Of a DNA stretch of 64,000 bases, positions 35,630 through 45,057 are shown piece by piece. The notes below the pieces were generated by a model. The model saw nothing but the letters and a program-made list of their open reading frames with translations, did not search any database and was not told the DNA's origin. This DNA comes from Planctomycetota bacterium (GTDB lineage: Bacteria > Planctomycetota > UBA1135 > UBA2386): the NCBI GenBank assembly GCA_046290465.1, contig JBKAGP010000001.1:1504001-1568000 (forward strand), in the 5' to 3' direction. The first letter of the stretch is position 1. Every line of letters starts with the position of its first letter. The position numbers and the translations under genes were made by a program.

Positions 35630-38236
35630 ATGCACGTCGCAGCCCTCGCCTCGTGGCTCTCCCTCGTCCCGCTGGCCGCCCAACAGCATCCGGAGCGCGA
35701 ACCGGTCCCCGCCAAGGTCGCCCGCGCCCGGCCGCAGTCGCCCGAGCAGGCGATCGCCTCGTTCCAACTGCCAACCGGCTACCGGCTCGAGCTGGTCGCA
35801 AGCGAACCGATGATCCAAGAACCCGCGGTGCTCGCGTGGGACGGCAACGGCCGCATGTACGTCGCCGAGATGCGCACCTACATGCAGGACATCGACGGCA
35901 CCGACGAACTCGCCGCCACCAGCCGCATCAGCCTGCTCGACGACACCGACGGCGACGGCCGCATGGACCGGCACTCGGTGTTCGTCGACGGGCTGGTGCT
36001 GCCGCGCATGCTGCTGCCGCTGCAGGACGGCGTGATCGTGCGCGAGACCGGCACGCTCGACCTGCATCTCTACCGCGACACCGACGGCGACGGCAAGGCC
36101 GACGACAAGCAGCTGGTGTTCGCCGGCGGCAAGCGCGGCGGCAACCTCGAACACCAGCCGTCCGGCCTCGACTGGAACGTCGACAACTTCCTCTACGTCA
36201 CCTACACCAACCGCCGCTATCGCTTCCGCGACGGCAAGGTCGAGGCCCACCCGATCGCCGCCGGCGACGGCCAGTGGGGCATGACCCACGACGATTGGGG
36301 CCAGTGCTTCTACTCGCGCGCCGGCGGCGAGGTGGTCGCGTCGAACTTCCAGCAGAACCTGCAGTACGGCAAGCTCGCGCTGCCGGGCCAGCTCGAGCAC
36401 GGCTTCCACGAGTGCTGGCCGATCGACGACATCCCGGACGTGCAGGGAGGTCTGCGGCGGGTGCGCGACGACGGTTCGCTCAACCACTTCACCGGCTGCT
36501 GCGGCCAGAGCGTGTTCCGCGGCGATCGCCTGCCCGAGGAGCTGCGAGGCAACCTGTTCGTGCCCGAGCCGGTCGGCCGCCTGATCCGCCGCGCCACCGT
36601 GCACGACGTCGACGGCACCCGCGTGCTGCGCAACCCGCACGTCAGGTCCGAGTTCCTGCGCACCAGCGACGCCAACTTCCGGCCGATCAACACCTACACC
36701 GGCCCCGACGGCACGCTCTACATCGTCGACATGTATCGCGGCATCATCCAGGAGGGCAACTGGGTGCGGAAGGGCAGCTACCTGCGCGGCGTGGTGCAGG
36801 AGTACGGCCTCGACCAGAACATCGGCCGCGGCCGCATCTACCGCCTGGTCCACGACGACCATCAGCCGGGCCCCCGCCCGCGCATGCTCGACGAGAGCAG
36901 CGCCGAACTGGTCGCGCACCTGGCCCACCCCAACGGCTGGTGGCGCGACAACGCACAGAAGCTGCTGGTGGTCCGCGACGACCGGTCGGTAGTGCCGGCG
37001 CTGCAGCAGATGATGCGCGGCCACCGGAACCCGCTGGCGCGGCTGCACGCGATGTGGACGCTGCACGGCCTCGAGGCCTTTGCCAGCGACGACGCGGTGC
37101 GCTGCCTCGCCGACGCGGACCCGCGCCTGCGGGCCGCCGCGATCCGCGCCGCCGAGCGCTTCCTCGGCGAACAACCGTCGGCCGACGTGCGCACCGCGGT
37201 GGTCTCGCTGGCCACCGACGACGACCTGCAGGTCGTGCTGCAGGTGCTGCGCACCGCGCTCTACGCGCGCCTGCCCGGCTACGAGGAGCTGGTGCGCAGC
37301 ATCGTCGCCGCCCACCCCGACAACGCCGCGATCGAGGGCACCGCCCGCAGCTACTTCGAACGCGTCGCGCGCGAACGGCAGGAAGCCGCCGAGCGCGCCG
37401 CGATCGCCCGCAAGAACGCCGAGCTCGCCGACGCCATCCAGCGCGGCGCCAAGATCTACAAGTCGCTGTGCTTCACCTGCCACGGCAGCGACGGCAAGGG
37501 CGCCCCGGTCGTCGGCATCGAGGGCATGAAGCAGGCGCCGTCGCTGATCGGCTCGCCGCGCGTGCTCGGCTCGACCGAACGCCTCGGCCGGATCGTGCTC
37601 AACGGCCTGCAGGGTCCGGTCGACGGCAAGACCTACATCGCCGCGATGGCGTCGATGTCGATGAACGACGACGCCTGGATCGCCGACGTGCTGACCTACG
37701 TGCGCAACAGCTGGGGCAACCAGGGCGAACTGGTCACCGAAGCCGAGATCGCCCGCGTGCGTGCGGCGTGCAAGGACCGCAGCGAGCCGTGGACGCTCGC
37801 CGAGCTGAAGCCGTTCGACCCGGTGCTCGAGGGCCGCAGGCGCTGGAAGCTGACGTCGGATCGCAACCAGGCCGAGCTCACCGGCTGCATCGACGGCGAC
37901 CCGTCGACGCGCTGGACGACCGGCGAGACCCAGCGGCCCGGCACCTGGCTCGTGATCGAGCTGCCCGAGGCGGTCGAGGTCGCCGCGATCGACCTCGACA
38001 CCACCGCGTCACCCGGCGACTGGCCGAAGCGCTACGAGCTGCGCACGTCCGAGGACGGCAAGCAGTGGAGCCGGCCGATCGCCAGCGGCAAGGGCTCGAA
38101 GGACGCGTCGCGCATCACCTTCGCGCCGGTCACGACGCGCTGGCTGAAGGTCACGCAGAAGGGCAAGAAGGGCGGCCTGTGGTGGTCGATCCACGAACTC
38201 AACCTCTACGGGCCGAAGGCGACTAGCGCCCGTTGA
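35630..38236 (+). CDS. PVC-type membrane-bound dehydrogenase-like protein: propeller + HEAT + cytochrome c + F5/8C
   Basis: ELVASEPMIQEP, DTDGDG repeats, GPDGTLYIVDMYRG, CFTCH heme motif, IADVLTYVRNSWGN, IDGDPSTRWTT. Confidence 0.9.
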   Translation: MHVAALASWLSLVPLAAQQHPEREPVPAKVARARPQSPEQAIASFQLPTGYRLELVASEPMIQEPAVLAWDGNGRMYVAEMRTYMQDIDGTDELAATSRISLLDDTDGDGRMDRHSVFVDGLVLPRMLLPLQDGVIVRETGTLDLHLYRDTDGDGKADDKQLVFAGGKRGGNLEHQPSGLDWNVDNFLYVTYTNRRYRFRDGKVEAHPIAAGDGQWGMTHDDWGQCFYSRAGGEVVASNFQQNLQYGKLALPGQLEHGFHECWPIDDIPDVQGGLRRVRDDGSLNHFTGCCGQSVFRGDRLPEELRGNLFVPEPVGRLIRRATVHDVDGTRVLRNPHVRSEFLRTSDANFRPINTYTGPDGTLYIVDMYRGIIQEGNWVRKGSYLRGVVQEYGLDQNIGRGRIYRLVHDDHQPGPRPRMLDESSAELVAHLAHPNGWWRDNAQKLLVVRDDRSVVPALQQMMRGHRNPLARLHAMWTLHGLEAFASDDAVRCLADADPRLRAAAIRAAERFLGEQPSADVRTAVVSLATDDDLQVVLQVLRTALYARLPGYEELVRSIVAAHPDNAAIEGTARSYFERVARERQEAAERAAIARKNAELADAIQRGAKIYKSLCFTCHGSDGKGAPVVGIEGMKQAPSLIGSPRVLGSTERLGRIVLNGLQGPVDGKTYIAAMASMSMNDDAWIADVLTYVRNSWGNQGELVTEAEIARVRAACKDRSEPWTLAELKPFDPVLEGRRRWKLTSDRNQAELTGCIDGDPSTRWTTGETQRPGTWLVIELPEAVEVAAIDLDTTASPGDWPKRYELRTSEDGKQWSRPIASGKGSKDASRITFAPVTTRWLKVTQKGKKGGLWWSIHELNLYGPKATSAR

Positions 38237-39206
38237 GCCTGGTCAACGCCTCCAGGTAGACGGCGCGGCGCTGCCGCAGGTCCCAGACCGTCGAGCCGTC
38301 GGGCTGGTGCACGAGGACGCCCTCGGTCGCCGCGAGCAGCTGCAGCAGCCGTTCGGTGTAGTTGCGGAAGCCCCACGTGCCGAGCCGCTCGACGGCCCAG
38401 GTCTCGAACTCGGGCACGACGTTGTGCGACTGCTGCTCGAGGAAGGTCACGATCCGCTCCTTGTGCAGGTCGAACACCGGATACTCGATCGACGCGAGGT
38501 CGACGAACGTGCGCCGCTCGAGGCTGTAGACCAGCAGGCGGCGGGCTCGCCAGCGCTCGTCGATGTCGGGCACCAGGTAGCGCTGGCGCGCGCCGGTGTT
38601 GACCCACAGCAGCAGGTCCCCGAGGCGCAGCATCAGCCGGTCCGGCATCGCCGCCTCGGCGGTCGCCGCGCGCGCCAGGTCGTCGTCGCAGATCTCGAGG
38701 ATCTCCTGCAGCGGCGTCGCCGTGTGCCGTTCGACGTCGACCTCGAACGACGCGACCTGCAGCAGCCGCCGCACCCGGCGCACGACGACGCACTGGTCGC
38801 CGAGGAAGTGCACGCGGCCGCCCCGGTTGGTGTTGAGGTCGTCGTAGTCCTCGGTGCCGCAAGGCGTGCGCGGCTGCAGCGGGTAGGCGAGCCGCTCGCC
38901 GTCGGCGAACGACAGGAACGGCGGCCCCCCGACCGGGTCGACGAAGCACAGCCCGTCGTCGCGCAGGAACACCGCCGCAGCCCCGGTCGAGTCCTCCTGG
39001 TGGATCCGCCGCCCCTGCTCGGCGCCCGGCGCGAACCGCAGCACCTCCTGCCCGAACCTCGGTGCGTGCGCCCCGGGGCGCGACGTCTTCGTGTAGTGGA
39101 TCTCGACCCGCCAGTCCCCCGCGACCACGACCTTCGGTTCCCTCGCGCGGTGCTGCGCCGGGAGCGCAGCGACCAGGACCGGCAACAGCAGCGACGCCAC
39201 CTTCAT
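38223..39206 (-). CDS. Hypothetical secreted protein
   Basis: Signal peptide MKVASLLLPVLVAALPAQ; TAGCAT 7 nt before ATG. Confidence 0.7.
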   Translation of the reverse strand: MKVASLLLPVLVAALPAQHRAREPKVVVAGDWRVEIHYTKTSRPGAHAPRFGQEVLRFAPGAEQGRRIHQEDSTGAAAVFLRDDGLCFVDPVGGPPFLSFADGERLAYPLQPRTPCGTEDYDDLNTNRGGRVHFLGDQCVVVRRVRRLLQVASFEVDVERHTATPLQEILEICDDDLARAATAEAAMPDRLMLRLGDLLLWVNTGARQRYLVPDIDERWRARRLLVYSLERRTFVDLASIEYPVFDLHKERIVTFLEQQSHNVVPEFETWAVERLGTWGFRNYTERLLQLLAATEGVLVHQPDGSTVWDLRQRRAVYLEALTRLNGR

Positions 39207-39274
39207 GAGCCGGATGCTAGCGGCGACGGCGAAGCGCGCGTGTCAGGGATCGGTAAGCGCCGTACGATGCCGGC

Positions 39275-40819
39275 ATGATCCTGACCGCCGCCGCGTTGGC
39301 GCTGCTGCTGCAGCAGCAGCCCGAGCGCTTCCCCGCAAAGCCCGAGCAGGACGCGCGCCGCTACGAGCTCGACCTGCGCGTCGACCTCGACGCGCAGCAG
39401 CTCCACGGCACCGTGGTCTACACGTTCACCGCGCTGCAGGACCTGACCTCGATCCGCCTCGACGCGAAGCGCTCGGCCGACTGGACGGTGCGGTTCACGA
39501 CCATGAGCGGCCAGCCGATCGAGGCCGAGTGGCACGCCGAGCACTGCATCGTGCCGCTCGCCCGCACCGCCGCGAAGGGCAGCGACGTGCGCTTCCGCGC
39601 CGAACTGTCGGGCAGGCCCGTCGACGGCTTCTACTTCCAGAAGAACCGCTACGGCGCGCCGATGGCGTTCACCGACCATTACTCGATCCGCGCCCGCGGC
39701 TGGCTGCCGTGCGAGGACCACCCGTCCGACCGCGCGGTGTTCGTCACCACGCTGCGCTGTGCGAGCGACCAGCAGGCGGTCGCGTTCGGCCTGTCGCAAG
39801 GCGTGCTCGGACCGGCCGAGAAGGGCTACGTGAGCCGACGGTTCGTCGGCGGCAGTGAGATCCCGCCGTACATGTACGCGCTGGTCGTCGGCCCGCTGGA
39901 GCGGGTCGCCGAGGCCGGCGACCCGCGGCTGGTCGACCACTTCGTCTACCCCGAGGACGTCGCCAAGGCGAAGCGCTCGCTGGTCCACCACGCCGCCTGG
40001 ATCGCGGCGATGGAAGCGACCTTCGGCGCGTACCCGTACGGCAAGTACACGACCGTGCAGTGCCCGACCCGCTGGGGCGGCTTCGAGGCGCCCGGCAACG
40101 TGCAGCTGGCCGAGGGCCTGTTCGATCGCGGCGGTGTCGGCACGCTCGCGCACGAACTGGTGCACATGTGGTTCGGCGACGCGATCGGCTACGCCGCCTG
40201 GCGCGAGGTCTGGCTCAGCGAGGGCTTCGCCAGCTACTTCGGGCCGTGGCTGCACGCGCGGACCGGCGGTCCGACGCTGCAGCAGAGCCTGGCCAACCTG
40301 CGCGAACGCTGGCGCAACAGCTTCGAGGGGCGCACCAAGACGATCCGCGACGACCGCTTCGCGCACCCCGACCAGGCACTCAACGCCAACACCTACCCGA
40401 AGGGCGCGTGGGTGCTGCACATGCTGCGCGGTGAGGTCGGCGACGAGGCGTTCTTCGCGGCGCTCAAGGCCTACGTCGCGCAGTTCCGCGGCCAGTCGAT
40501 CACGACCCGGCAGTTCGTCGCATGCATCGAGCAGCAGACCGGCGAAGAGCTGAGCTGGTTCTTCGACCAGTGGCTCGACCGCGTCGGTTGCCCGACCCTG
40601 CAGGTCGCACGCACCTCGACCGGGCTCCGCATCGAACAGATCCAGAAGGGCGCGCCGTACCGCTGCTGGCTGCGGCTGCGCTGGCAGGGCCAGGACGGTC
40701 GGCCAGCCGAGCGGCGGGTCCGCCTCGACGGCGCGCGGACCGACGTCGCGATCGACGGCCCGTGCGACGAACTGCAGCTCGACCCCGACGTCGAGCTGCT
40801 GTTCCGCAGCGCGAAGTAG
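39275..40819 (+). CDS. M1 family aminopeptidase
   Basis: WLPCEDHPSDRA, GGFE, AHELVHMWFGD, WLSEGFASY, YPKGAWVLHMLR. Confidence 0.95.
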   Translation: MILTAAALALLLQQQPERFPAKPEQDARRYELDLRVDLDAQQLHGTVVYTFTALQDLTSIRLDAKRSADWTVRFTTMSGQPIEAEWHAEHCIVPLARTAAKGSDVRFRAELSGRPVDGFYFQKNRYGAPMAFTDHYSIRARGWLPCEDHPSDRAVFVTTLRCASDQQAVAFGLSQGVLGPAEKGYVSRRFVGGSEIPPYMYALVVGPLERVAEAGDPRLVDHFVYPEDVAKAKRSLVHHAAWIAAMEATFGAYPYGKYTTVQCPTRWGGFEAPGNVQLAEGLFDRGGVGTLAHELVHMWFGDAIGYAAWREVWLSEGFASYFGPWLHARTGGPTLQQSLANLRERWRNSFEGRTKTIRDDRFAHPDQALNANTYPKGAWVLHMLRGEVGDEAFFAALKAYVAQFRGQSITTRQFVACIEQQTGEELSWFFDQWLDRVGCPTLQVARTSTGLRIEQIQKGAPYRCWLRLRWQGQDGRPAERRVRLDGARTDVAIDGPCDELQLDPDVELLFRSAK

Positions 40820-40851
40820 GCGCAGCGGCGGCCGCTGCTATCGTGCACGCC

Positions 40852-41283
40852 ATGTCCCCGATCCCGGCCAGCGTGCGCATCGCGCGCCCGACCGACCGAC
40901 TCGAACCGCTGGTCCGCCAGTACGAACAGGCGCTGGGCCTGCAGCGCCTCGGCGGGTTCGACGACCACGACGGCTTCGACGGCGTCATGCTCGGCCATCC
41001 CGGCCAGCCGTGGCACCTCGAGTTCACGCGCGAACGCGGCGCAGCGGCCGGCGGCGGCCCGAGCCCCGAGCACCTGCTGGTGCTCTACCTCGGCGACGAG
41101 TCGGCACACCGGGCGGCGGTCGAGCGCGCACGCGCCGCCGGCATGCGTGAGGTCGCGGCGCACAACCCGTATTGGGCGCGCACCGGCGTGACGTTCGAAG
41201 ACCTCGACGGCTACCGCGTCGTGCTGGCGCCGGGCACGTGGCCCTCGACGGCGGGCGACCCGGCCGTCGCAGCAGCGCGATGA
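40852..41283 (+). CDS. VOC/glyoxalase family protein (YycE-like)
   Basis: RIARPT, HDGFDGVMLG, HLEFT, LLVLY, NPYW..GVTFEDLDGYRVVL. Confidence 0.9.
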   Translation: MSPIPASVRIARPTDRLEPLVRQYEQALGLQRLGGFDDHDGFDGVMLGHPGQPWHLEFTRERGAAAGGGPSPEHLLVLYLGDESAHRAAVERARAAGMREVAAHNPYWARTGVTFEDLDGYRVVLAPGTWPSTAGDPAVAAAR

Positions 41284-41906
41284 TCGAAGCCCTGCAGTAC
41301 CTCGCCGTCGTCGCGTCCGGGCTGTTCGGCGTGCTGCTCGCGCGCAGCAAGGGCATGGACGTCGTCGGCATCGCGTGGGTGGCGTTCATCGTCGCGTTCG
41401 GCGGCGGCACCCTGCGCGACGTGCTGCTCGATCGCGGCACGCTGTTCTGGATCGAGCACGAGCACTACGCGTGGACCCTGTTCGCGATCGCGGTCGCCGG
41501 CGCCGTGCTGCCGCGGCTGCCGCGACGGCTCGAGTCGTGGCTGCTGATCCCCGACGCGCTCGGCATGGCGCTGTTCAGCATCGCCGGCGCCAAGATCGCG
41601 ATCGACGCCGGGATGTCGCCGTTCCTGGCGTCGCTGTTCGGGGTCATCACCGGCTCGTTCGGCGGCGTCATCGCCGACGTCGTCTGCAACGAAGTGCCGC
41701 GCATGTTCCTGCCGACGATGCCGTTCTACTCGGTCTGCGGGTTTGCCGGCTGCTGGCTGTTCCTCGGACTGCGCGCCGCCTCGGTGCCCGAGGACGTGAC
41801 GCTGTGGGCCGGCGTCGCCGCGGCGGTCGTGCTGCGGCTGCTCGCCCACCACCGCGGCTGGCGCTTTCCCAGCCGGGATGCCGAGGCGCCCGCGAAGCGA
41901 AGCTGA
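41280..41906 (+). CDS. Trimeric intracellular cation channel (TRIC/UPF0126) family protein
   Basis: AFGGGTLRDVLL, DALGMALF, GSFGGVIADV; about 7 TM. Confidence 0.92.
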   Translation: MIEALQYLAVVASGLFGVLLARSKGMDVVGIAWVAFIVAFGGGTLRDVLLDRGTLFWIEHEHYAWTLFAIAVAGAVLPRLPRRLESWLLIPDALGMALFSIAGAKIAIDAGMSPFLASLFGVITGSFGGVIADVVCNEVPRMFLPTMPFYSVCGFAGCWLFLGLRAASVPEDVTLWAGVAAAVVLRLLAHHRGWRFPSRDAEAPAKRS

Positions 41907-41968
41907 ACTGCGCCCCGGCGACCGCCGGAGCCCCGTGCGGATAGAACGTGCGGACAACCCGTTCGGAC

Positions 41969-42001
41969 AAAAAAAGAGCCCCGCGGGTTCGCCGCGGGGC
42001 T
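41969..42001 (-). terminator. Intrinsic terminator downstream of tRNA-Asn
   Basis: 10-bp stem AGCCCCGCGG/CCGCGGGGCT followed on the minus strand by a 7-U run. Confidence 0.85.
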
Positions 42002-42025
42002 GCTTGGTCCGTCAACGCGGACGAA

Positions 42026-42101
<76 letters not shown>

Positions 42102-42294
42102 TCGCTCCGAAAGGGATTCGACCCGATCGGGGCGGAAACCTTAGCCGAGCTTTCGAACAGTTCAAGCGCCGTCTCAAGATCGACCCGGCACCGCGCGCGT
42201 GGGTCGAAGCCCCGGCAGCACCGGACGGTGGCGGCCGGCCGGATGGGCCGAGGGTGCCAGCTCGAATCCGCCGCCGCGCTGGTAAGGTGCGCGC

Positions 42295-43725
42295 GTGCGC
42301 GCCCTCTTCGTCCGGATCTCTGCCTGCCTGCTGCCGCTGGCGTTCGCCGGGGCACAACAGGCTCCCGCCGCGGTCCACATGGCCAACGGCATCAAGGTCG
42401 GCGACATGCGCGGCGACCGCTGCGCGGTCTGGGTGCGGCTGACGTCGGTGCCGCTCGCCGACCAGCAGGGCCTCGCGTTTCCCCGGCGCAAGCCGCACGA
42501 ACCGCAGTTGCCCGACGGCGCGACGCTCGATCGCATGGCCGGAGCGGTGCCCGGCGCTGCCGGCGAGGTGCGGCTCTCCTACCACCGCGAAGGCGCGGCC
42601 GACCAGGCCCGCACCACCGCGTGGGTCGAGGTGAGCGCGGCGCGCAACCACGCGCACACGTTCGCCCTGCGCAACCTGACGCCCGGCGCGCGCTACCGGC
42701 TGGAGGTCGAAGGCCGCGCGTCCGCGGACCGTGACGTCGACTGCCAGGTGCGCGGTTCGTTCCGGCTGCCGCCGGCCGCCGACCAACGCGAGGCGGTGTC
42801 GTTCTGCGTCATCGCCTGCCAGGACTACCACCGCCGCGACGCCGGCGCACAGGGCCACCGGATCTACTCGCACATGCTCGACGTCGCGCCCGATTTCGTC
42901 GCGCACTGCGGCGACACGATCTACTACGACAAGCCGAAGCCGTGGGCCGACACGGTGGCGCTGGCGCGCTTCAAGTGGAACCGCTTCTACGGCCTGCCGC
43001 TGCAGCGCGACTTCCACGCCAGGGTCGGCACCTACTTCGTCAAGGACGACCACGACACGCTCAAGAACGACTGCTGGCCGGGCCAGCGCTACGGCGAACT
43101 GACCTGGGAACGGGGCCTGCAGCTCTACCGGGAGCAGCTGCCGCTGCTCGAGGGCCTGCCGTACCGCAACGTGCGCTGGGGCGCGCTGCTGGAGGTCTGG
43201 TTCCTCGAAGGGCGCGAGTATCGCTCGCCGAACCGCATGCCCGACGGCCCGGACAAGACCATCCTCGGCGCCGAGCAGTGGCGATGGCTCGAGCGCACGC
43301 TGCAGCAGAGCGACGCGACCTTCAAGGTGATCGTGTCGGCGACGCCGATCGTCGGCCCGGACCGCAAGAACAAGAACGACAACCACGCCAACCTCGGCTT
43401 CCGCAGCGAGGGCGACCGGCTGCGCAAGCTGCTCGCCGCGCACGGAGCCCACGTCGTCTGCGGCGATCGCCACTGGCAGTACGCATCGCACGACCCGACG
43501 ACCGGCCTGCGCGAATGGTGCAGCGGCGCCGCGTCCGACCAGCACGCCGGCGGCTTCCACCAGAAGCTGCGTACCGAACAGCACGACTACCTGCGCATCC
43601 GCGGCGGCTTCCTGCACGTTCGCGCCGAGCCGGACGGCGACGGCGCGCGCCTGTGGATGCGGCACGTCGACACCGACGGCAAGGTCCAACACGAAGACGT
43701 CCTCACCCCCTCGAGCCCCAAGTGA
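42295..43725 (+). CDS. phoD: Alkaline phosphatase D family protein
   Basis: HCGDTIYYD, KDDHD, EGREYRS, TILGAEQWRWL, CGDRHWQY. Confidence 0.88.
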   Translation: MRALFVRISACLLPLAFAGAQQAPAAVHMANGIKVGDMRGDRCAVWVRLTSVPLADQQGLAFPRRKPHEPQLPDGATLDRMAGAVPGAAGEVRLSYHREGAADQARTTAWVEVSAARNHAHTFALRNLTPGARYRLEVEGRASADRDVDCQVRGSFRLPPAADQREAVSFCVIACQDYHRRDAGAQGHRIYSHMLDVAPDFVAHCGDTIYYDKPKPWADTVALARFKWNRFYGLPLQRDFHARVGTYFVKDDHDTLKNDCWPGQRYGELTWERGLQLYREQLPLLEGLPYRNVRWGALLEVWFLEGREYRSPNRMPDGPDKTILGAEQWRWLERTLQQSDATFKVIVSATPIVGPDRKNKNDNHANLGFRSEGDRLRKLLAAHGAHVVCGDRHWQYASHDPTTGLREWCSGAASDQHAGGFHQKLRTEQHDYLRIRGGFLHVRAEPDGDGARLWMRHVDTDGKVQHEDVLTPSSPK

Positions 43726-43730
43726 TCGCC

Positions 43731-44903
43731 ATGAACCGCGCCCTGCTCCTGTTCTCGCTGCTGACCTTCGCCGCCTGCGAGTCCGCCCCGCCCCGCTGGT
43801 ACAAGGGCAACCTGCACACCCACACGCTGTGGAGCGACGGCAACCACTTCCCGGAGATGGTCGTCGACTGGTACGCGCAGCGTGACTACGACTTCCTCGC
43901 GCTCACCGAGCACAACATCGTCGCCGACCACGAACGCTGGATGCAGAACGACCAGGTCGTGCGCCGCGGCGGCCGCACGGCGCTGGCCGACTACCGGGCC
44001 CGCTTCGGCACGGACTGGGTCGAGGAGCGCCAGCGCGACGGCAAGCTCGAGGTGCGGCTGAAGCGGCTCGACGAGATCATGCCGCTGTTCGACCAACTGC
44101 TGCTGATCCCGGCCGAGGAGATCACGACGTCGTTCGAGAAGAAGCCGATCCACATCAACGCCAGCAACGTCGCGGCGAAGATCCCGCCGAGCACCGGCAC
44201 CAGCGTGCAGGACGTGATGCGCAAGACGCTGCAGGCGGTCGCCGCGCACGCCGCGGAGCACGATCGGCCGGTGCTGGCGCACCTCAACCACCCCAACTTC
44301 GGCTGGGGGGTCACCGCCGACGACCTGGCCCAGGTCCAGGAGGAGCACTTCTTCGAGGTCTACAACGGCCACCCGAGCGTGCACCACCGCGGCGACGCGA
44401 CCCGTCCGGGCACCGAGCGCATCTGGGACATCGCCAACACCACGCGCCGCCGCGACCTCGATGCGCCGCTGCTCTACGGCCTCGGCACCGACGACTGCCA
44501 CAAGTACCACAACGCAGCGGGCTCGACGCCCGGCCGCGGCTGGGTGATGGTGCGCGCCCGCGCATGCACCACCGAAGCGCTGCTGGCGGCGATCGAAGCC
44601 GGCGAGTTCTACGCGTCGAGCGGCGTCGTGCTCGACGACGTGACGTTCGACGGGCGCACGATGACGATCGACATCGCCGCCCAGGGGAACGCGAGCTACG
44701 TGACCGAGTTCGTCGGCACGCGCCGCGACGGCGAGGTCGGCGAGGTGCTGGCCCGCGTCGAGGGCCTGCGGCCGACCTACACCGCGCGCGGCGACGAGCT
44801 GTTCGTGCGCGCGACCGTGACGTCGACGCTGCCGGCCGACAACCCGGTGTGGGAAGGCCAGCCCCGCCAGGCCTGGGTGCAGCCGGTCACGCTGGCGCCG
44901 TAG
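43731..44903 (+). CDS. PHP-domain metallohydrolase lipoprotein
   Basis: Lipobox-like FAAC; WYKGNLHTHTLWSDG, LTEHN, NHPNF, EVYNGH, TDDCH. Confidence 0.85.
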   Translation: MNRALLLFSLLTFAACESAPPRWYKGNLHTHTLWSDGNHFPEMVVDWYAQRDYDFLALTEHNIVADHERWMQNDQVVRRGGRTALADYRARFGTDWVEERQRDGKLEVRLKRLDEIMPLFDQLLLIPAEEITTSFEKKPIHINASNVAAKIPPSTGTSVQDVMRKTLQAVAAHAAEHDRPVLAHLNHPNFGWGVTADDLAQVQEEHFFEVYNGHPSVHHRGDATRPGTERIWDIANTTRRRDLDAPLLYGLGTDDCHKYHNAAGSTPGRGWVMVRARACTTEALLAAIEAGEFYASSGVVLDDVTFDGRTMTIDIAAQGNASYVTEFVGTRRDGEVGEVLARVEGLRPTYTARGDELFVRATVTSTLPADNPVWEGQPRQAWVQPVTLAP

Positions 44904-45057
44904 CCGCGGCAAAGCCTCGGCAGCGACAACGCCGCGCTACGTGCGCCTGCATGAGCGAACCGGACGCCGCATGGATCCGGCTGTGCGAGGTCGTCGCCGA
45001 CTGCGCCGACGCCAACCGCATCGCCGGCGGCCTGGGCGTGACGCTCGAGCGCTGCGT